Of a stretch of DNA of 64,000 bases, positions 28,854-39,302 are shown piece by piece. The DNA comes from an uncultured Clostridiaceae bacterium (lineage in GTDB: Bacteria > Bacillota > Clostridia > TANB77 > CAG-465). Location of the stretch: contig CAYJMD010000005.1 of NCBI GenBank assembly GCA_964371585.1, positions 8,072-72,071 on the forward strand. Direction: 5' to 3'. Position 1 is the stretch's first letter; every line of letters begins with the position of its first letter. The notes beneath the pieces were generated by a model. The model saw only the letters and a list, made by a program, of their open reading frames with translations. It searched no databases and had not been told where the DNA came from. Position numbers and translations under genes: made by a program.

Positions 28854-29501
28854 ATGGAAGAAGATAATTTAAAACAAAAAGAAAAAAAGATAATTTCAAA
28901 AACAACTACAAAGAGTAAAACGAAAAAAGCACGTAAACATTTAAATAAATCAACTTTTGATTGGTTTATTCAAGTTTCAGTAATGACATTTGTGCTTTCA
29001 CTTATTTTTTCGCTTATATCAACACTACTTATATCAAAATTGGATTTATTTCCAGCAATATTAATGTTGCTTTTAGTAATATTTTTAGGTGTTTTTTTTG
29101 ATGTTGTAGCTGTTGCTGTAACAATTGCTAAAGAACATAATTTCCACGCTAAAGCTAGTAAAAAGATAAAAGGAGCTAAAACGTCTTTATTTTTAATTAG
29201 TAACTCGCACAAGGTTTCAAACTTTTGTGCTGATGTAATTGGCGATATAGCTGGTGTACTAAGTGGTGCAATATCTGCTCTTATAACAATGAAGATTATG
29301 AGTGATTTTAATATTTCTATGGATTTACAATTTATAATAAGTGCTATAGTAGCTTCACTTACTGTAGGTGGTAAAGCAATAGGTAAATCAGTTGCAAAAG
29401 AATACTGTGATGAAATCGTGGACAAAGTTAGTAAGATATTGAATAAATTTGATAAAAAAGATAATTTAAATACAAAAGCTAAGCAAACAAATAATAAATA
29501 A
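28854..29501 (+). CDS. Small 4-TM membrane protein with Lys-rich N-terminal tail (OapA-like by architecture and position, tentative)
   Basis: 215 aa. N-terminus KQKEKKIISKTTTKSKTKKARKHLNK, then four predicted TM helices, then a Lys-rich C-terminus. Lies directly downstream of the ORF-free structured region with no intervening terminator. Confidence 0.5.
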   Translation: MEEDNLKQKEKKIISKTTTKSKTKKARKHLNKSTFDWFIQVSVMTFVLSLIFSLISTLLISKLDLFPAILMLLLVIFLGVFFDVVAVAVTIAKEHNFHAKASKKIKGAKTSLFLISNSHKVSNFCADVIGDIAGVLSGAISALITMKIMSDFNISMDLQFIISAIVASLTVGGKAIGKSVAKEYCDEIVDKVSKILNKFDKKDNLNTKAKQTNNK

Positions 29502-29528
29502 AAAATTGATTAAATTATAATATAAAAA

Positions 29529-29556
29529 ATAGATGTAGGGATTATCCTTACATCTA
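29529..29556. terminator. Bidirectional rho-independent terminator
   Basis: TAGATGTAGG-GATTAT-CCTTACATCTA (one bulge), flanked by A6 and a T-rich run. Between convergent genes. Confidence 0.65.
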
Positions 29557-29563
29557 TTTTATT

Positions 29564-31645
29564 TTATTTTGCTTCAAATATTTCATTGAATTCTTCTGCA
29601 CCCATTTTTTCTTTTTCAAGTAAAACTGCTGCAACTTTATGTAATTTATCAATATTTTCTTTTAAAACTCTTTCAGCAAATCTATATCCATCATTTATTA
29701 TAGTTCTTACTTCTTCGTCTATTTCTGCTGCAACTTTTTCACTATAATTTTTCTGATTATTCATATCTCTACCTAAGAATACTTCTTCTTGGTTTGCTCC
29801 ATATGTTATAGGTCCAAGTTTATCACTCATACCGTATTTTGTAACCATAGATCTTGCTATTTTACTAGCACGACTGATGTCACTTGAAGCACCTGTACTT
29901 ATATCATCAAGTACTAATTGTTCTGCAACTCTTCCTCCAAGTAATGAAACAATATGTTCTTTCATTTCATTTTTAGAATGGTAACTTTTATCTTCATTTG
30001 GTTTGTACATAGTATAACCACCAGCCATACCACGTGGAATTATTGAAATTTGATGTACAGTGTCATGAGTTGGTAAAAATCTAGATACAACAGCGTGACC
30101 AGCTTCATGGTATGCAGTTAATCTTCTTTCTTTTTCACTTATAACTTTACTATGTTTTTCAGGTCCCATCATAACCTTAACCATTGCTTCTTCTACATCT
30201 GCAAGAGCAATATTTTTTTTGTTTTTTCTTGCTGCAAGAAGAGCCGCTTCATTCATCATATTTTCTAAATCAGCACCTGAAAATCCTGCAGTATTTTTAG
30301 CAATAACTTTATAATCTATTCCAGCAACAAATGGTTTATTTTTACTATGTAATTTTAATATTTGCTCTCTTGCTCCTATATCTGGATCATGAACAACTAT
30401 TTGTCTATCAAATCTTCCTGGTCTAAGTAATGCTTTATCTAATATATCTGGTCTATTTGTAGCTGCTATTATTATTATATTTTCATGATTAGCAAATCCA
30501 TCCATTTCAACAAGTAATTGATTTAATGTTTGTTCTCTTTCATCATGACCTCCACCTACACCAGCACCTCTTTGACGACCTACAGCATCGATTTCATCAA
30601 TAAAAACAATACATGGTGAATTTTCTTTAGCTTCTTTAAACAAATCTCTTACTCTTGAAGCACCAACACCAACAAACATTTCAACAAAATCAGAACCACT
30701 TATACTAAAAAACGGTACATTCGCCTCTCCTGCCACTGCTTTAGCAAGTAATGTTTTACCAGTTCCCGGTCCACCTACAAGTAATAAACCTTTTGGTATT
30801 CTTGCCCCTAAAGCTTTATATTTTTTAGGATCTTTTAAGAAATCTACTATTTCACTCAGTTCTTCTTTTTCTTCTTCTAATCCAGCTACATCTTCAAACG
30901 TTTTTTTACCTTTTCCTGTATTATCTGCAAGTCTTGCTCTATTTTTTCCAAAACTCATAGCTTTATCATTTCCTTGCCCTGTCTTTTTAAGCATGAATAT
31001 AAATAGAAATAAAGTTCCACCTAATAATATTAAATTAGGAATTAGTGGGGCTATACTTTCCATAAATGTAGGGTCAGATAATGTAAGTTCAATAGCACTT
31101 TCAGGATCAGTAGTTACTTTTGATTGTACATATTCAATAAAAGCACCTGAATCTGGAATTTTAACAGATTTAATTTCTTCTACATCTTTTAGTTTAACCG
31201 TTGCTTCTTGTCTATTATTTGCAATATTAATTTCTGATACATTTTGAGATTCTATATTTTGCATAAGTTCAGTATATGACATTTCTTTTGTAGGAGTTCC
31301 ACTAATAGTATTAAGTAATAATATAGTGATAACTAGTATAGCAATATATGTAAGTAAAGTTCTAAAGATACTTGGTTTTCTCATTCTCACCTCAAAAATT
31401 TTTGAATCTCTTCTCATTTTTTCAATTTCTTCTTGTATTTCCTTTTCAGTTTTATTATTTAAATTAATTTTTCCATTTTCTTTTAATTCCTTTTTCTCTT
31501 TAGATTTCCCTTCTGCTGTTTTTACTTCTTTTTTAGCAGTAGAGTTTTCTTTTTTTGTCTCTCCATTTTTAGATTGTTTTTTAGTTTGACTTGAATCAGC
31601 TTTTTTAGTAGTTACATCTTTGTTTTCTTTTTCTTCTTGCTTCAT
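29564..31645 (-). CDS. ftsH: ATP-dependent zinc metalloprotease FtsH
   Basis: 693 aa. Walker A GGPGTGKT, Walker [13 protein letters not shown] region, Zn site HEAGHAV. Has a ~90-aa Lys/Glu-rich N-terminal extension before TM1. Confidence 0.95.
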   Translation of the reverse strand: MKQEEKENKDVTTKKADSSQTKKQSKNGETKKENSTAKKEVKTAEGKSKEKKELKENGKINLNNKTEKEIQEEIEKMRRDSKIFEVRMRKPSIFRTLLTYIAILVITILLLNTISGTPTKEMSYTELMQNIESQNVSEINIANNRQEATVKLKDVEEIKSVKIPDSGAFIEYVQSKVTTDPESAIELTLSDPTFMESIAPLIPNLILLGGTLFLFIFMLKKTGQGNDKAMSFGKNRARLADNTGKGKKTFEDVAGLEEEKEELSEIVDFLKDPKKYKALGARIPKGLLLVGGPGTGKTLLAKAVAGEANVPFFSISGSDFVEMFVGVGASRVRDLFKEAKENSPCIVFIDEIDAVGRQRGAGVGGGHDEREQTLNQLLVEMDGFANHENIIIIAATNRPDILDKALLRPGRFDRQIVVHDPDIGAREQILKLHSKNKPFVAGIDYKVIAKNTAGFSGADLENMMNEAALLAARKNKKNIALADVEEAMVKVMMGPEKHSKVISEKERRLTAYHEAGHAVVSRFLPTHDTVHQISIIPRGMAGGYTMYKPNEDKSYHSKNEMKEHIVSLLGGRVAEQLVLDDISTGASSDISRASKIARSMVTKYGMSDKLGPITYGANQEEVFLGRDMNNQKNYSEKVAAEIDEEVRTIINDGYRFAERVLKENIDKLHKVAAVLLEKEKMGAEEFNEIFEAK

Positions 31646-31661
31646 TAATTCATCCCTTTCT

Positions 31662-32687
31662 TTATCTTAATGTAATAACAGCAATATTTTTCTTTATTAT
31701 TTTAATTTCAAACTTATTGCCAATTATATATTTTTTACCTGTTATATTATTTTTAAGTAATCTAATTATATCTTCTACATGTATTGTTTCAATGCCATTT
31801 AAATTGTTTAAACTTTCTTTTATTATACATCTTACAATTCTATATGTAATAGCTTCATTATTTTTAAAAAGATCTTTATACGAAAATACTATAGAATCAT
31901 CATTCTTTTCAACTATCATGCCTCTAACAATTTCATCTGTATATTCTGTTAGAAATTGATCATCTAATCTAGCAAGCTTACTTAATCTTAATATATTATT
32001 AACAAAGTTTTCATTATACTCATTTTGAAGTAATGGTATAAGGTTTAGTCTTACTTTATTTCTCATATATATATCTTGTAAGTTTGTTTTATCCACATAA
32101 TAAACAATATTATTTACATTACAATAATTATTAATATTTTCCTTAGTTACATCAAGTAGTGGTCTTATTATATTATTTTGAATATAACTCATACCAGTTA
32201 ATCCCTTAAGCCCAGTTCCACGTATAATATTAAGTAAAATAGTTTCCACATTATCTTCTTTATTGTGAGCTACAGCAATTTTATTATATCCAAGCTTATT
32301 GCATGTTTTGTTAAAAAAATCATATCTTACTTTTCTTGCATATTCTTCAATACCCATTTTATTTTGTTTAGAATTAGTTGTTACATCGACTTCTAAATAA
32401 TTAAATTTTATATTATTCAATTTACAGTATTCTTCAACATATTCTTTTTCTATTTTACTCTCTTCTCTAATTAAGTGATTTATATGACATACTGCAATAT
32501 TATATTCAATTCCTACTTTTAAAAATTCTTTTTTATATTTTATTAAAAAATGTAACAAAAACATTGAATCACTGCCACCTGACACACAAACTATGATTTT
32601 ATCTCCATTTTCTATAATATTATTTTCTATAATATTATTATATATCGATTTTAAAAAAATATTATTTTCTTCTTCAATTTTATTCAT
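31662..32687 (-). CDS. tilS: tRNA(Ile)-lysidine synthase
   Basis: 341 aa. PP-loop VCVSGGSDS. Conserved tilS-ftsH adjacency. Confidence 0.85.
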   Translation of the reverse strand: MNKIEEENNIFLKSIYNNIIENNIIENGDKIIVCVSGGSDSMFLLHFLIKYKKEFLKVGIEYNIAVCHINHLIREESKIEKEYVEEYCKLNNIKFNYLEVDVTTNSKQNKMGIEEYARKVRYDFFNKTCNKLGYNKIAVAHNKEDNVETILLNIIRGTGLKGLTGMSYIQNNIIRPLLDVTKENINNYCNVNNIVYYVDKTNLQDIYMRNKVRLNLIPLLQNEYNENFVNNILRLSKLARLDDQFLTEYTDEIVRGMIVEKNDDSIVFSYKDLFKNNEAITYRIVRCIIKESLNNLNGIETIHVEDIIRLLKNNITGKKYIIGNKFEIKIIKKNIAVITLR

Positions 32688-32690
32688 TTT

Positions 32691-34025
32691 TTATCCTTTA
32701 TATAAATTAGCAAATTTCGTGTATTTACCAATCCAAGCAAGTTCTACTGTACCAGTCGAACCACTTCTATTTTTAGCTATTATTACTTCAGCTATATTTT
32801 TCTTTTCAGTATCTGGATTATAATAATCTTCTCTATGTAAAAACATAACTATATCTGCATCTTGCTCTATCGCTCCAGATTCACGAAGATCACTAAGCAT
32901 AGGTTTGTGATCTGCTCTTGATTCTGTAGCACGACTAAGCTGTGATAACGCAATTACCGGAACTTGTAATTCTTTAGCAAGTACTTTAAGAGATCTACTT
33001 ATTTCAGATATTTCTTGTTGTCTACTTGGACTTTTTGTTTTTGATTCCATAAGTTGTAAGTAATCTATAATAACTATACCTATATTTTTTTCTAGTTTTG
33101 CTTTTCTACATTTTGCTCTAAGTTCAGCTGAAGAAAGAGCTGGTGTATCATCTATATATATAGGTATCTCTGATAAATGGTTACTAGCTTCTCCCAGTTT
33201 TAGCCATTCTTCGCTTGTTAAATCAGCATTTTGGAATTTCATGCTATCAACTTCACTTTCACTACATAAAATCCTATTAATCATCTGCTCTTTAGCCATT
33301 TCTAATGAGAATATCATTACTGGCACCTTTGATTTCATTGCAACACTTGCTGCTATATTAAGAACAAATGCACTTTTTCCCATTGCGGGTCTTGCTGCAA
33401 CTATAAGTAATTCTGATGGTTTCAGTCCTGATATTTTAGAATCTAAGTCAATAAATCCTGATTCTATACCTGCCATTTTTTTCTTATTTAAATGCATTTC
33501 TTCTAATTTAGAAAATGTAGTAACAAGTATATCTCTTATTGATGAATATCCTTTAGAATTTCTATTTTGAAGAACATTAAATATACTCTTTTCAGCAAAC
33601 TCAATAACAGAGTCTGTTTCTTCTGTCCCAGAATACCCCATTTGAAGAATATCGTTTGCAGACTTTATTAGACTACGCATAGTTGATTTTTCTTCAACTA
33701 TTTTAACATAACTTTGAATATTTGAAGTCGTAGGTACACTATCTGCAAGTGTTGAAAGATATGCAAGTCCACCTATTTTTTCAAACATACCTCTTAGCGA
33801 TAATTCATCCTTAACTGTAATCATATCTATCTGTCTTCCGCTATTATATATATCATACATAGCAGCAAATATTTCTTTATTATCTTGTCTATAAAAATCA
33901 TCTTCTCTTAGTACTTCTATTGCTGCAACAACTGCATCACTATCTACAAGCATACTACCAAGTACAGCTTGCTCTGCTACAATATCATTTGGCTGAATTT
34001 TAAATGCTACTTCGTTATTTTCCAC
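32691..34025 (-). CDS. dnaB: Replicative DNA helicase DnaB
   Basis: 444 aa. N-terminus PNDIVAEQAVLGSMLVD, Walker A ARPAMGKSAF, IIDYLQLM, SQLSR. Confidence 0.95.
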   Translation of the reverse strand: MENNEVAFKIQPNDIVAEQAVLGSMLVDSDAVVAAIEVLREDDFYRQDNKEIFAAMYDIYNSGRQIDMITVKDELSLRGMFEKIGGLAYLSTLADSVPTTSNIQSYVKIVEEKSTMRSLIKSANDILQMGYSGTEETDSVIEFAEKSIFNVLQNRNSKGYSSIRDILVTTFSKLEEMHLNKKKMAGIESGFIDLDSKISGLKPSELLIVAARPAMGKSAFVLNIAASVAMKSKVPVMIFSLEMAKEQMINRILCSESEVDSMKFQNADLTSEEWLKLGEASNHLSEIPIYIDDTPALSSAELRAKCRKAKLEKNIGIVIIDYLQLMESKTKSPSRQQEISEISRSLKVLAKELQVPVIALSQLSRATESRADHKPMLSDLRESGAIEQDADIVMFLHREDYYNPDTEKKNIAEVIIAKNRSGSTGTVELAWIGKYTKFANLYKG

Positions 34026-34047
34026 TATTCTTTCACCTATGTTCTAG

Positions 34048-34494
34048 TTATAATTTAACTACGCTTATCTTAAGTTTAGCTACAATTCCTTCTTGTAACT
34101 TTATGTTTGCTGTATATTCACCTATATTTTTTATAGGGTTAGATAATACTATTTTTTTCTTATCTATTTTAAGTCCAAAAGTTTCTTCTATTTTAGTAGC
34201 AATATCTTTTTCTGTAATCGTACCAAATAGTTTTCCATTATCTCCAATTTTATGTTTAAAAGTAATATACCTTTTTTCAATAGTATCTTTAATTTTATTT
34301 GAGTTTTCTAAATCAACTTTTTTCTTATGATTTATTGCATCGATTTTACCTTTAGCTTCATTTTTTGTTTTATTATCTAATATACTAGCTATTTTTTTAG
34401 GAAGTAAATAATTTCTTGCATATCCTTCATTCACTTCTACAACTTGTAATTTTTTACCTAGTCCTTTAACATCTACATTTAATATAACCTGCAT
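34048..34494 (-). CDS. rplI: 50S ribosomal protein L9
   Basis: 148 aa. MQVILNVDVKGLGKKLQVVEVNEGYARNYLLPKK. Confidence 0.95.
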   Translation of the reverse strand: MQVILNVDVKGLGKKLQVVEVNEGYARNYLLPKKIASILDNKTKNEAKGKIDAINHKKKVDLENSNKIKDTIEKRYITFKHKIGDNGKLFGTITEKDIATKIEETFGLKIDKKKIVLSNPIKNIGEYTANIKLQEGIVAKLKISVVKL

Positions 34495-34505
34495 ATCTTA
34501 CTCCT

Positions 34506-36476
34506 TTAGTCTTTAATTATATGTTTTTTGATTATTTCTATCAGTTTTTCTTTTGCTTCATCTATCGTAACATTTTCAAGTTGTGCACCTGCAAAAGTCA
34601 AATGACCTCCACCACCTAATTCTTCCATAATATACTGAACATTTATATCCCCTGTTGACCTACTAGATATAAGTATTACACCATCATTTTCACATAGCAC
34701 AAACGATACCAGTATAGAATTTATAGATAGTAATTCATCTGCTGCTTGTGCTATAAGAGTAGCTTTATCTTCATGCTCTTTATTACAAATAGATATTGCT
34801 ATCTTATCATCAATTAATTCTGCATTTTTAATTATTTCAGCTTTAGCTAAATATGTATCAAAATCATTTTGGAATAATTGCTTGACTTCAGATATATCAA
34901 TACCTATACTTTTTAAGTATGCAGCAACTTCAAAAGTTCTAACACCTGTTTTATAGCTGAAATTTTTAGTATCTATAAGTATACCAGCATATAATAGTTC
35001 AGCTTCAATATTTGATATTTTTATATCCTCCATATGCATTATAAGTTCTGTTACAAGTTCACAAGTTGAAGATGCATATATTTCATGGTATGTAAGCAAT
35101 GTGTCTTCAATAAACTCTGGACCTCTTCTATGATGATCTATCATAACAACATTTGTAAACTCTGATGCTACGTTTCCAGAAGCTAAATATGATTTTTTAT
35201 GTGTATCTACAATTACCAATAAATCATCTATCATAATTTTTTTCTTTTTCAGTTCTTCTTTAGTCATAAATATATCTTTATATTCATCATTATTTTCTAA
35301 CTTTTCTAAAATTATTTTAGTCGTATTATTTAGTTTTGTATCAATTACTATTTTTACTTCTTTACCATATGTTTTAGCTATTTTAGCAATACCAATACCC
35401 GCACCAATACTATCTGGATCTGGATTTTTATGACCGACTATATATATATTATCACTTTTAAAAACTATATCTTTAAATGCCGTTGCCACCGATCTTGCTT
35501 TAACTCTAGATGTTTTTTCTAAATCTTCATTTAGCTCACCATAAAAATCATATTTTTTATTTCTTTTTATTATGGCTTGATTTCCACCTCTACCTTGAGC
35601 TATTTCTAAAGCATTAATTGCTGCTGAATATTTATCAGCAAGAGTATCTTCAAGTCCTGATATTCCTATAGATATAGTTATTGGTAGCTTTGTTTTGTCT
35701 GATATTTCTTTAACTTCTTCTAAAATTTTAAATTCATTTGCTTCAAGTTCATTAAGTCTATACTGTTTTAAGCAACAGATATATTTATCTTTTTCAAGCT
35801 TAGCTACAATACCTTCAAGTTCATCAACATAATTTCTAATTTTTTTATCTATTTTCGTTACAATTTCTAATTTATCTATTTCTGATATCCCAGAAAAAGT
35901 TTCTTCATAATTATCAATTGTAATTACAGCAACATTTAAATTATTATCTTTTAATCTATCTTCAAGTTCATTTTGTTTTGTTGTATCAATAAATGATATT
36001 ATAATATACTCTATGTTCTTAAATTTTGAATTACTATAATTACATTCATAACTTCTATTGTTACTAGCTTTTAAATTATATACTAATTTACTTATATCAA
36101 AATCTTCATTTTTTTCTGTTGATACGTAATTATTATACACTTCTGTTATATCGTGTTCATTAAGCATTTCTTGACATTCTAAATTTTTCCAAATAACTCT
36201 TCCTTTTAACGAAACAAAACATATTGGTAAATTAAATGCATTTAAATTTTTTTTAAGAGCAAGTTCTACTCCTTTTTTTACTGCTTCTATATTTGTTTTT
36301 CTATTTTTTATCTCTTTAATTAAGGAATACATAGCGAAAATATACAAAGATAGTATTGTTATAACTGTGAGATAAATATTATTAAAGTTAATTATTTGCC
36401 ATATTATTAATGCAATAACAAGTGCGCAAAAAACAGCTACAAGAACTGGTCTTATATCTTTATTTTTATTTTTCAT
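34506..36476 (-). CDS. gdpP: GdpP/YybT-type DHH-DHHA1 phosphodiesterase (probable c-di-AMP phosphodiesterase)
   Basis: 656 aa. Two N-terminal TMs, PAS-like and degenerate GGDEF-like region, DHH motifs (GHKNPDPDSIGAG, DHHRR), DHHA1 GGGGH. Conserved position upstream of rplI-dnaB. Confidence 0.85.
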   Translation of the reverse strand: MKNKNKDIRPVLVAVFCALVIALIIWQIINFNNIYLTVITILSLYIFAMYSLIKEIKNRKTNIEAVKKGVELALKKNLNAFNLPICFVSLKGRVIWKNLECQEMLNEHDITEVYNNYVSTEKNEDFDISKLVYNLKASNNRSYECNYSNSKFKNIEYIIISFIDTTKQNELEDRLKDNNLNVAVITIDNYEETFSGISEIDKLEIVTKIDKKIRNYVDELEGIVAKLEKDKYICCLKQYRLNELEANEFKILEEVKEISDKTKLPITISIGISGLEDTLADKYSAAINALEIAQGRGGNQAIIKRNKKYDFYGELNEDLEKTSRVKARSVATAFKDIVFKSDNIYIVGHKNPDPDSIGAGIGIAKIAKTYGKEVKIVIDTKLNNTTKIILEKLENNDEYKDIFMTKEELKKKKIMIDDLLVIVDTHKKSYLASGNVASEFTNVVMIDHHRRGPEFIEDTLLTYHEIYASSTCELVTELIMHMEDIKISNIEAELLYAGILIDTKNFSYKTGVRTFEVAAYLKSIGIDISEVKQLFQNDFDTYLAKAEIIKNAELIDDKIAISICNKEHEDKATLIAQAADELLSINSILVSFVLCENDGVILISSRSTGDINVQYIMEELGGGGHLTFAGAQLENVTIDEAKEKLIEIIKKHIIKD

Positions 36477-36555
36477 ATTTATCTCCTTTCTTTAAAATAT
36501 TACCTACCTATATTGTACTATTTTAACCTTTTTATGTCAAGAAAATTTAATCATT

Positions 36556-37428
36556 TTACACATTATTATCACTAATATTAGTTATTATTTTTAAAAATTC
36601 TTCTATACTTAGTTCTTCTGCTCTTGTATTACTAGAAATACCGCTTTTATTAAGTATCGTTTCTATTTCTTTTTTTTCTAAATTCATAAATTTATTCATT
36701 GCAAGAGAATTTAACATTTTTTTTCTTCTATTTAAAAATGCTTTATGCACTAACTCTTTAAATATGTTATAGTCAAAATCTTTATATTTATCATTTTTAA
36801 TTATTTTTATAACTGCTGATGTAACATTAGGAGCAGGTATAAAGCAAGAACTATCTACTTTAATCTCTTTAGATGCTAGACCAAAATAATTAATCATTAC
36901 AGTTAAAACACCATATACTTTATTCTTATTTTTAGCTACAATTCTATCTGCAACTTCTTCTTGCACCATCGCTATAATCTCAGTAATTCTTGATGAATCT
37001 TCTAATAATTTAAATATAATTGGTGATGTTATATAATATGGTAAATTAGCTATTACTTTAACATTACTAAATTTCTTACCAATATTATCTTCAATCTTAG
37101 AAATTTCATTATCTAGATCTACTTTAAGTACATCTATATTAATGAGAGAAATATTTTTAGAAGCACTAATATTAAATCTATCTTCTAATATTTCTATCAT
37201 ATCATTATCTATTTCAATAAGAAGAAGATTATATTCTTTTAAATATTCTGTTAGATTTCCAAGTCCTGGTCCTATTTCTATTATAAGCTCATCTTCTTTT
37301 ACATTACCTAAATTTTTTATTCCTTCTAATATATTATCATCAATTAAAAAGTTCTGTCCAAACTTCTTTTTAGCCGACAAATTATATTTATTCAATATTT
37401 GTTTTGTTTTACTTGTAGAATTAATCAT
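36556..37428 (-). CDS. rsmA: 16S rRNA (adenine1518/1519-N6)-dimethyltransferase
   Basis: 290 aa. KKKFGQNFLIDDNIL, SAM motif IEIGPGLGNLT, NLPYYITSPI. Confidence 0.93.
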   Translation of the reverse strand: MINSTSKTKQILNKYNLSAKKKFGQNFLIDDNILEGIKNLGNVKEDELIIEIGPGLGNLTEYLKEYNLLLIEIDNDMIEILEDRFNISASKNISLINIDVLKVDLDNEISKIEDNIGKKFSNVKVIANLPYYITSPIIFKLLEDSSRITEIIAMVQEEVADRIVAKNKNKVYGVLTVMINYFGLASKEIKVDSSCFIPAPNVTSAVIKIIKNDKYKDFDYNIFKELVHKAFLNRRKKMLNSLAMNKFMNLEKKEIETILNKSGISSNTRAEELSIEEFLKIITNISDNNV

Positions 37429-37446
37429 TTATCTCCTTACCTAAAA

Positions 37447-37479
37447 ATAGCAAATATAACCGTAAATTATATTTGCTAT
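37447..37479 (-). terminator. Possible rho-independent terminator between the lytic transglycosylase gene and rsmA
   Basis: 11-bp perfect stem ATAGCAAATAT / ATATTTGCTAT. Short T-run on the minus strand. Confidence 0.4.
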
Positions 37480-37487
37480 CTTTTATA

Positions 37488-38555
37488 CTATACAGTTCCT
37501 GTAGCTTTAATTTTATCTCTTAAAGCTCTTATTGATGTACTATAATCTCTATGTAAAATTCCTTGTGAATAACATAGACTATAGTAAGCTCCTTCTCCCA
37601 TATTATATGAGTTTAAACCATAAACTTCTATAAACGCTGGATCTGAAGATATTTTCCTTGCACTATTTAAATATAGATTAAGCATATATGCACCAGCTTC
37701 CATATTCTCATATGGATCCAAGAAATTGCTTATGCCTAATGTTTTTTGTAAATATGTAAAATTCGATTCATGTATTTGGCATAATCCATATGAATTACCT
37801 CCACCTACTGCACTTGCTCTATACGAACTTTCTTTAAACATTACTGCTAAAAACAATTCATAATCAAAACCATATTTTTGTGATAAATGGTATGCATATT
37901 GCTGTTCTTCAAGAGACAAGTTAATATTGTATTCTTTAAAATTACTATCTACTTTAGGTATTATAATATTTGCATTTCTATTTACTGATAATGCTAAATT
38001 TGTTCCTACCTCTATTACTTTATTGATTGGTTCTTTTATTACAGTTGTATCAACTTTAACTTTATATATTTCTTCATCTGATACTGAACTCTTAACAAAA
38101 TATTGATTTGTTGCAAGTCCATCTAAACCTTCTTCAGTTATTTTAGTAACACCTCTTGCAATAAGATTGTTATCAATTTGAGTTTCACCAAACTTAAGCA
38201 CTTCTTCTTCTGAAACGATTTTAGTAGCAGTTGAAGCAAGATGAGTCTCAATAGTGTCAGTATCAAGTTTTAAATATTCTGAAGATTCATCTATAACTAT
38301 CTGCATATCATTTTCTACTTTAGCATTTAAATCCACAGATATTGTCATATCATCATTTACATATATGTTATTTTCTTGTAGTAATTCAGATACATTTTGG
38401 CTCATAGTCCTTACAACTAAAATATTGTCAAAATACTTCACATAGGCTGTTTTAGTCATGTACGTAAATGTATATATACCTATAGATGATATAAGCAGTA
38501 TAACTGTAAGTACTGTCATAAATTCTCTAAATTTTTGAAGTTTATCTTCTTTCAC
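37488..38555 (-). CDS. YabE-like cell-wall protein: TM, DUF348-like, G5-like, C-terminal SLT lytic transglycosylase domain
   Basis: SLT catalytic region FKESSYRASAVGGGNSYGLCQI. G5-like KVKVDTTVIKEPINKVIEVGT. Start moved to GTG 38555 (SD TAGGAGG 6 nt upstream). The track start at 38594 has no SD. Confidence 0.7.
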   Translation of the reverse strand: MKEDKLQKFREFMTVLTVILLISSIGIYTFTYMTKTAYVKYFDNILVVRTMSQNVSELLQENNIYVNDDMTISVDLNAKVENDMQIVIDESSEYLKLDTDTIETHLASTATKIVSEEEVLKFGETQIDNNLIARGVTKITEEGLDGLATNQYFVKSSVSDEEIYKVKVDTTVIKEPINKVIEVGTNLALSVNRNANIIIPKVDSNFKEYNINLSLEEQQYAYHLSQKYGFDYELFLAVMFKESSYRASAVGGGNSYGLCQIHESNFTYLQKTLGISNFLDPYENMEAGAYMLNLYLNSARKISSDPAFIEVYGLNSYNMGEGAYYSLCYSQGILHRDYSTSIRALRDKIKATGTV

Positions 38556-38599
38556 TTTTTTCCTCCTAAATATTAGGTAGTAATATTTTATCATATTAC

Positions 38600-39301
38600 C
38601 TATACTTTGTCAAATCTACACACATCTTTTACTATTTCGCTAGTTATGATTAAACCAGCTACTGAAGGCACATATGGTAAACTGCCAAGAGTAGTACTAT
38701 CATTATATTTTTTATATGGCTTTTCCTCTGAATATATTACTTTTAATTTTTTAATATTTAAACTTTTTAGTTCTTTTCTTATTTTTTTAGCAAGAGGACA
38801 CATAATAGTCTTATTAATATCTGTAACTTTAATCTCAAGTGGGTTTAATTTATTTCCCATCCCCATAGAAGATATTAATCTTATATTTCTTGAATTACAA
38901 TGTTTAATTATAGCTAGTTTTGCACTAACATCATCAACACAATCAACAATATAATCATAATTTTTTTCTAAAAGGTCAGCTATATTTTCATCACTAATAT
39001 TGGCTTTTATATTTATAACTGCTATATCACTATTAATTTCATTGATTCTAGATTTGCACACATCTACTTTAGACATGCCCACTGTTTTTTCTGTAGCAAT
39101 TAACTGCCTGTTTATATTAGTTATATCCACAATATCTTTATCAATTATAGTAATATTAAGTACTCCAAGTCTAGCTAAAGACTCAATCACATATGAACCT
39201 ACTCCTCCAGCACCTAAAACTGCTATTTTTAGACTTTTAATTATATCTAAATTAGATGAACCTATTAAAAGTTTAGTTCTATCATATACATTTTTATTCA
39301 T
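38600..39301 (-). CDS. tcdA: ThiF/MoeB-family E1-like enzyme, TcdA-type (tRNA threonylcarbamoyladenosine dehydratase)
   Basis: 233 aa. Rossmann motif VLGAGGVGSY, DKDIVDITNINRQ. Confidence 0.75.
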   Translation of the reverse strand: MNKNVYDRTKLLIGSSNLDIIKSLKIAVLGAGGVGSYVIESLARLGVLNITIIDKDIVDITNINRQLIATEKTVGMSKVDVCKSRINEINSDIAVINIKANISDENIADLLEKNYDYIVDCVDDVSAKLAIIKHCNSRNIRLISSMGMGNKLNPLEIKVTDINKTIMCPLAKKIRKELKSLNIKKLKVIYSEEKPYKKYNDSTTLGSLPYVPSVAGLIITSEIVKDVCRFDKV

Positions 39302-39302
39302 A

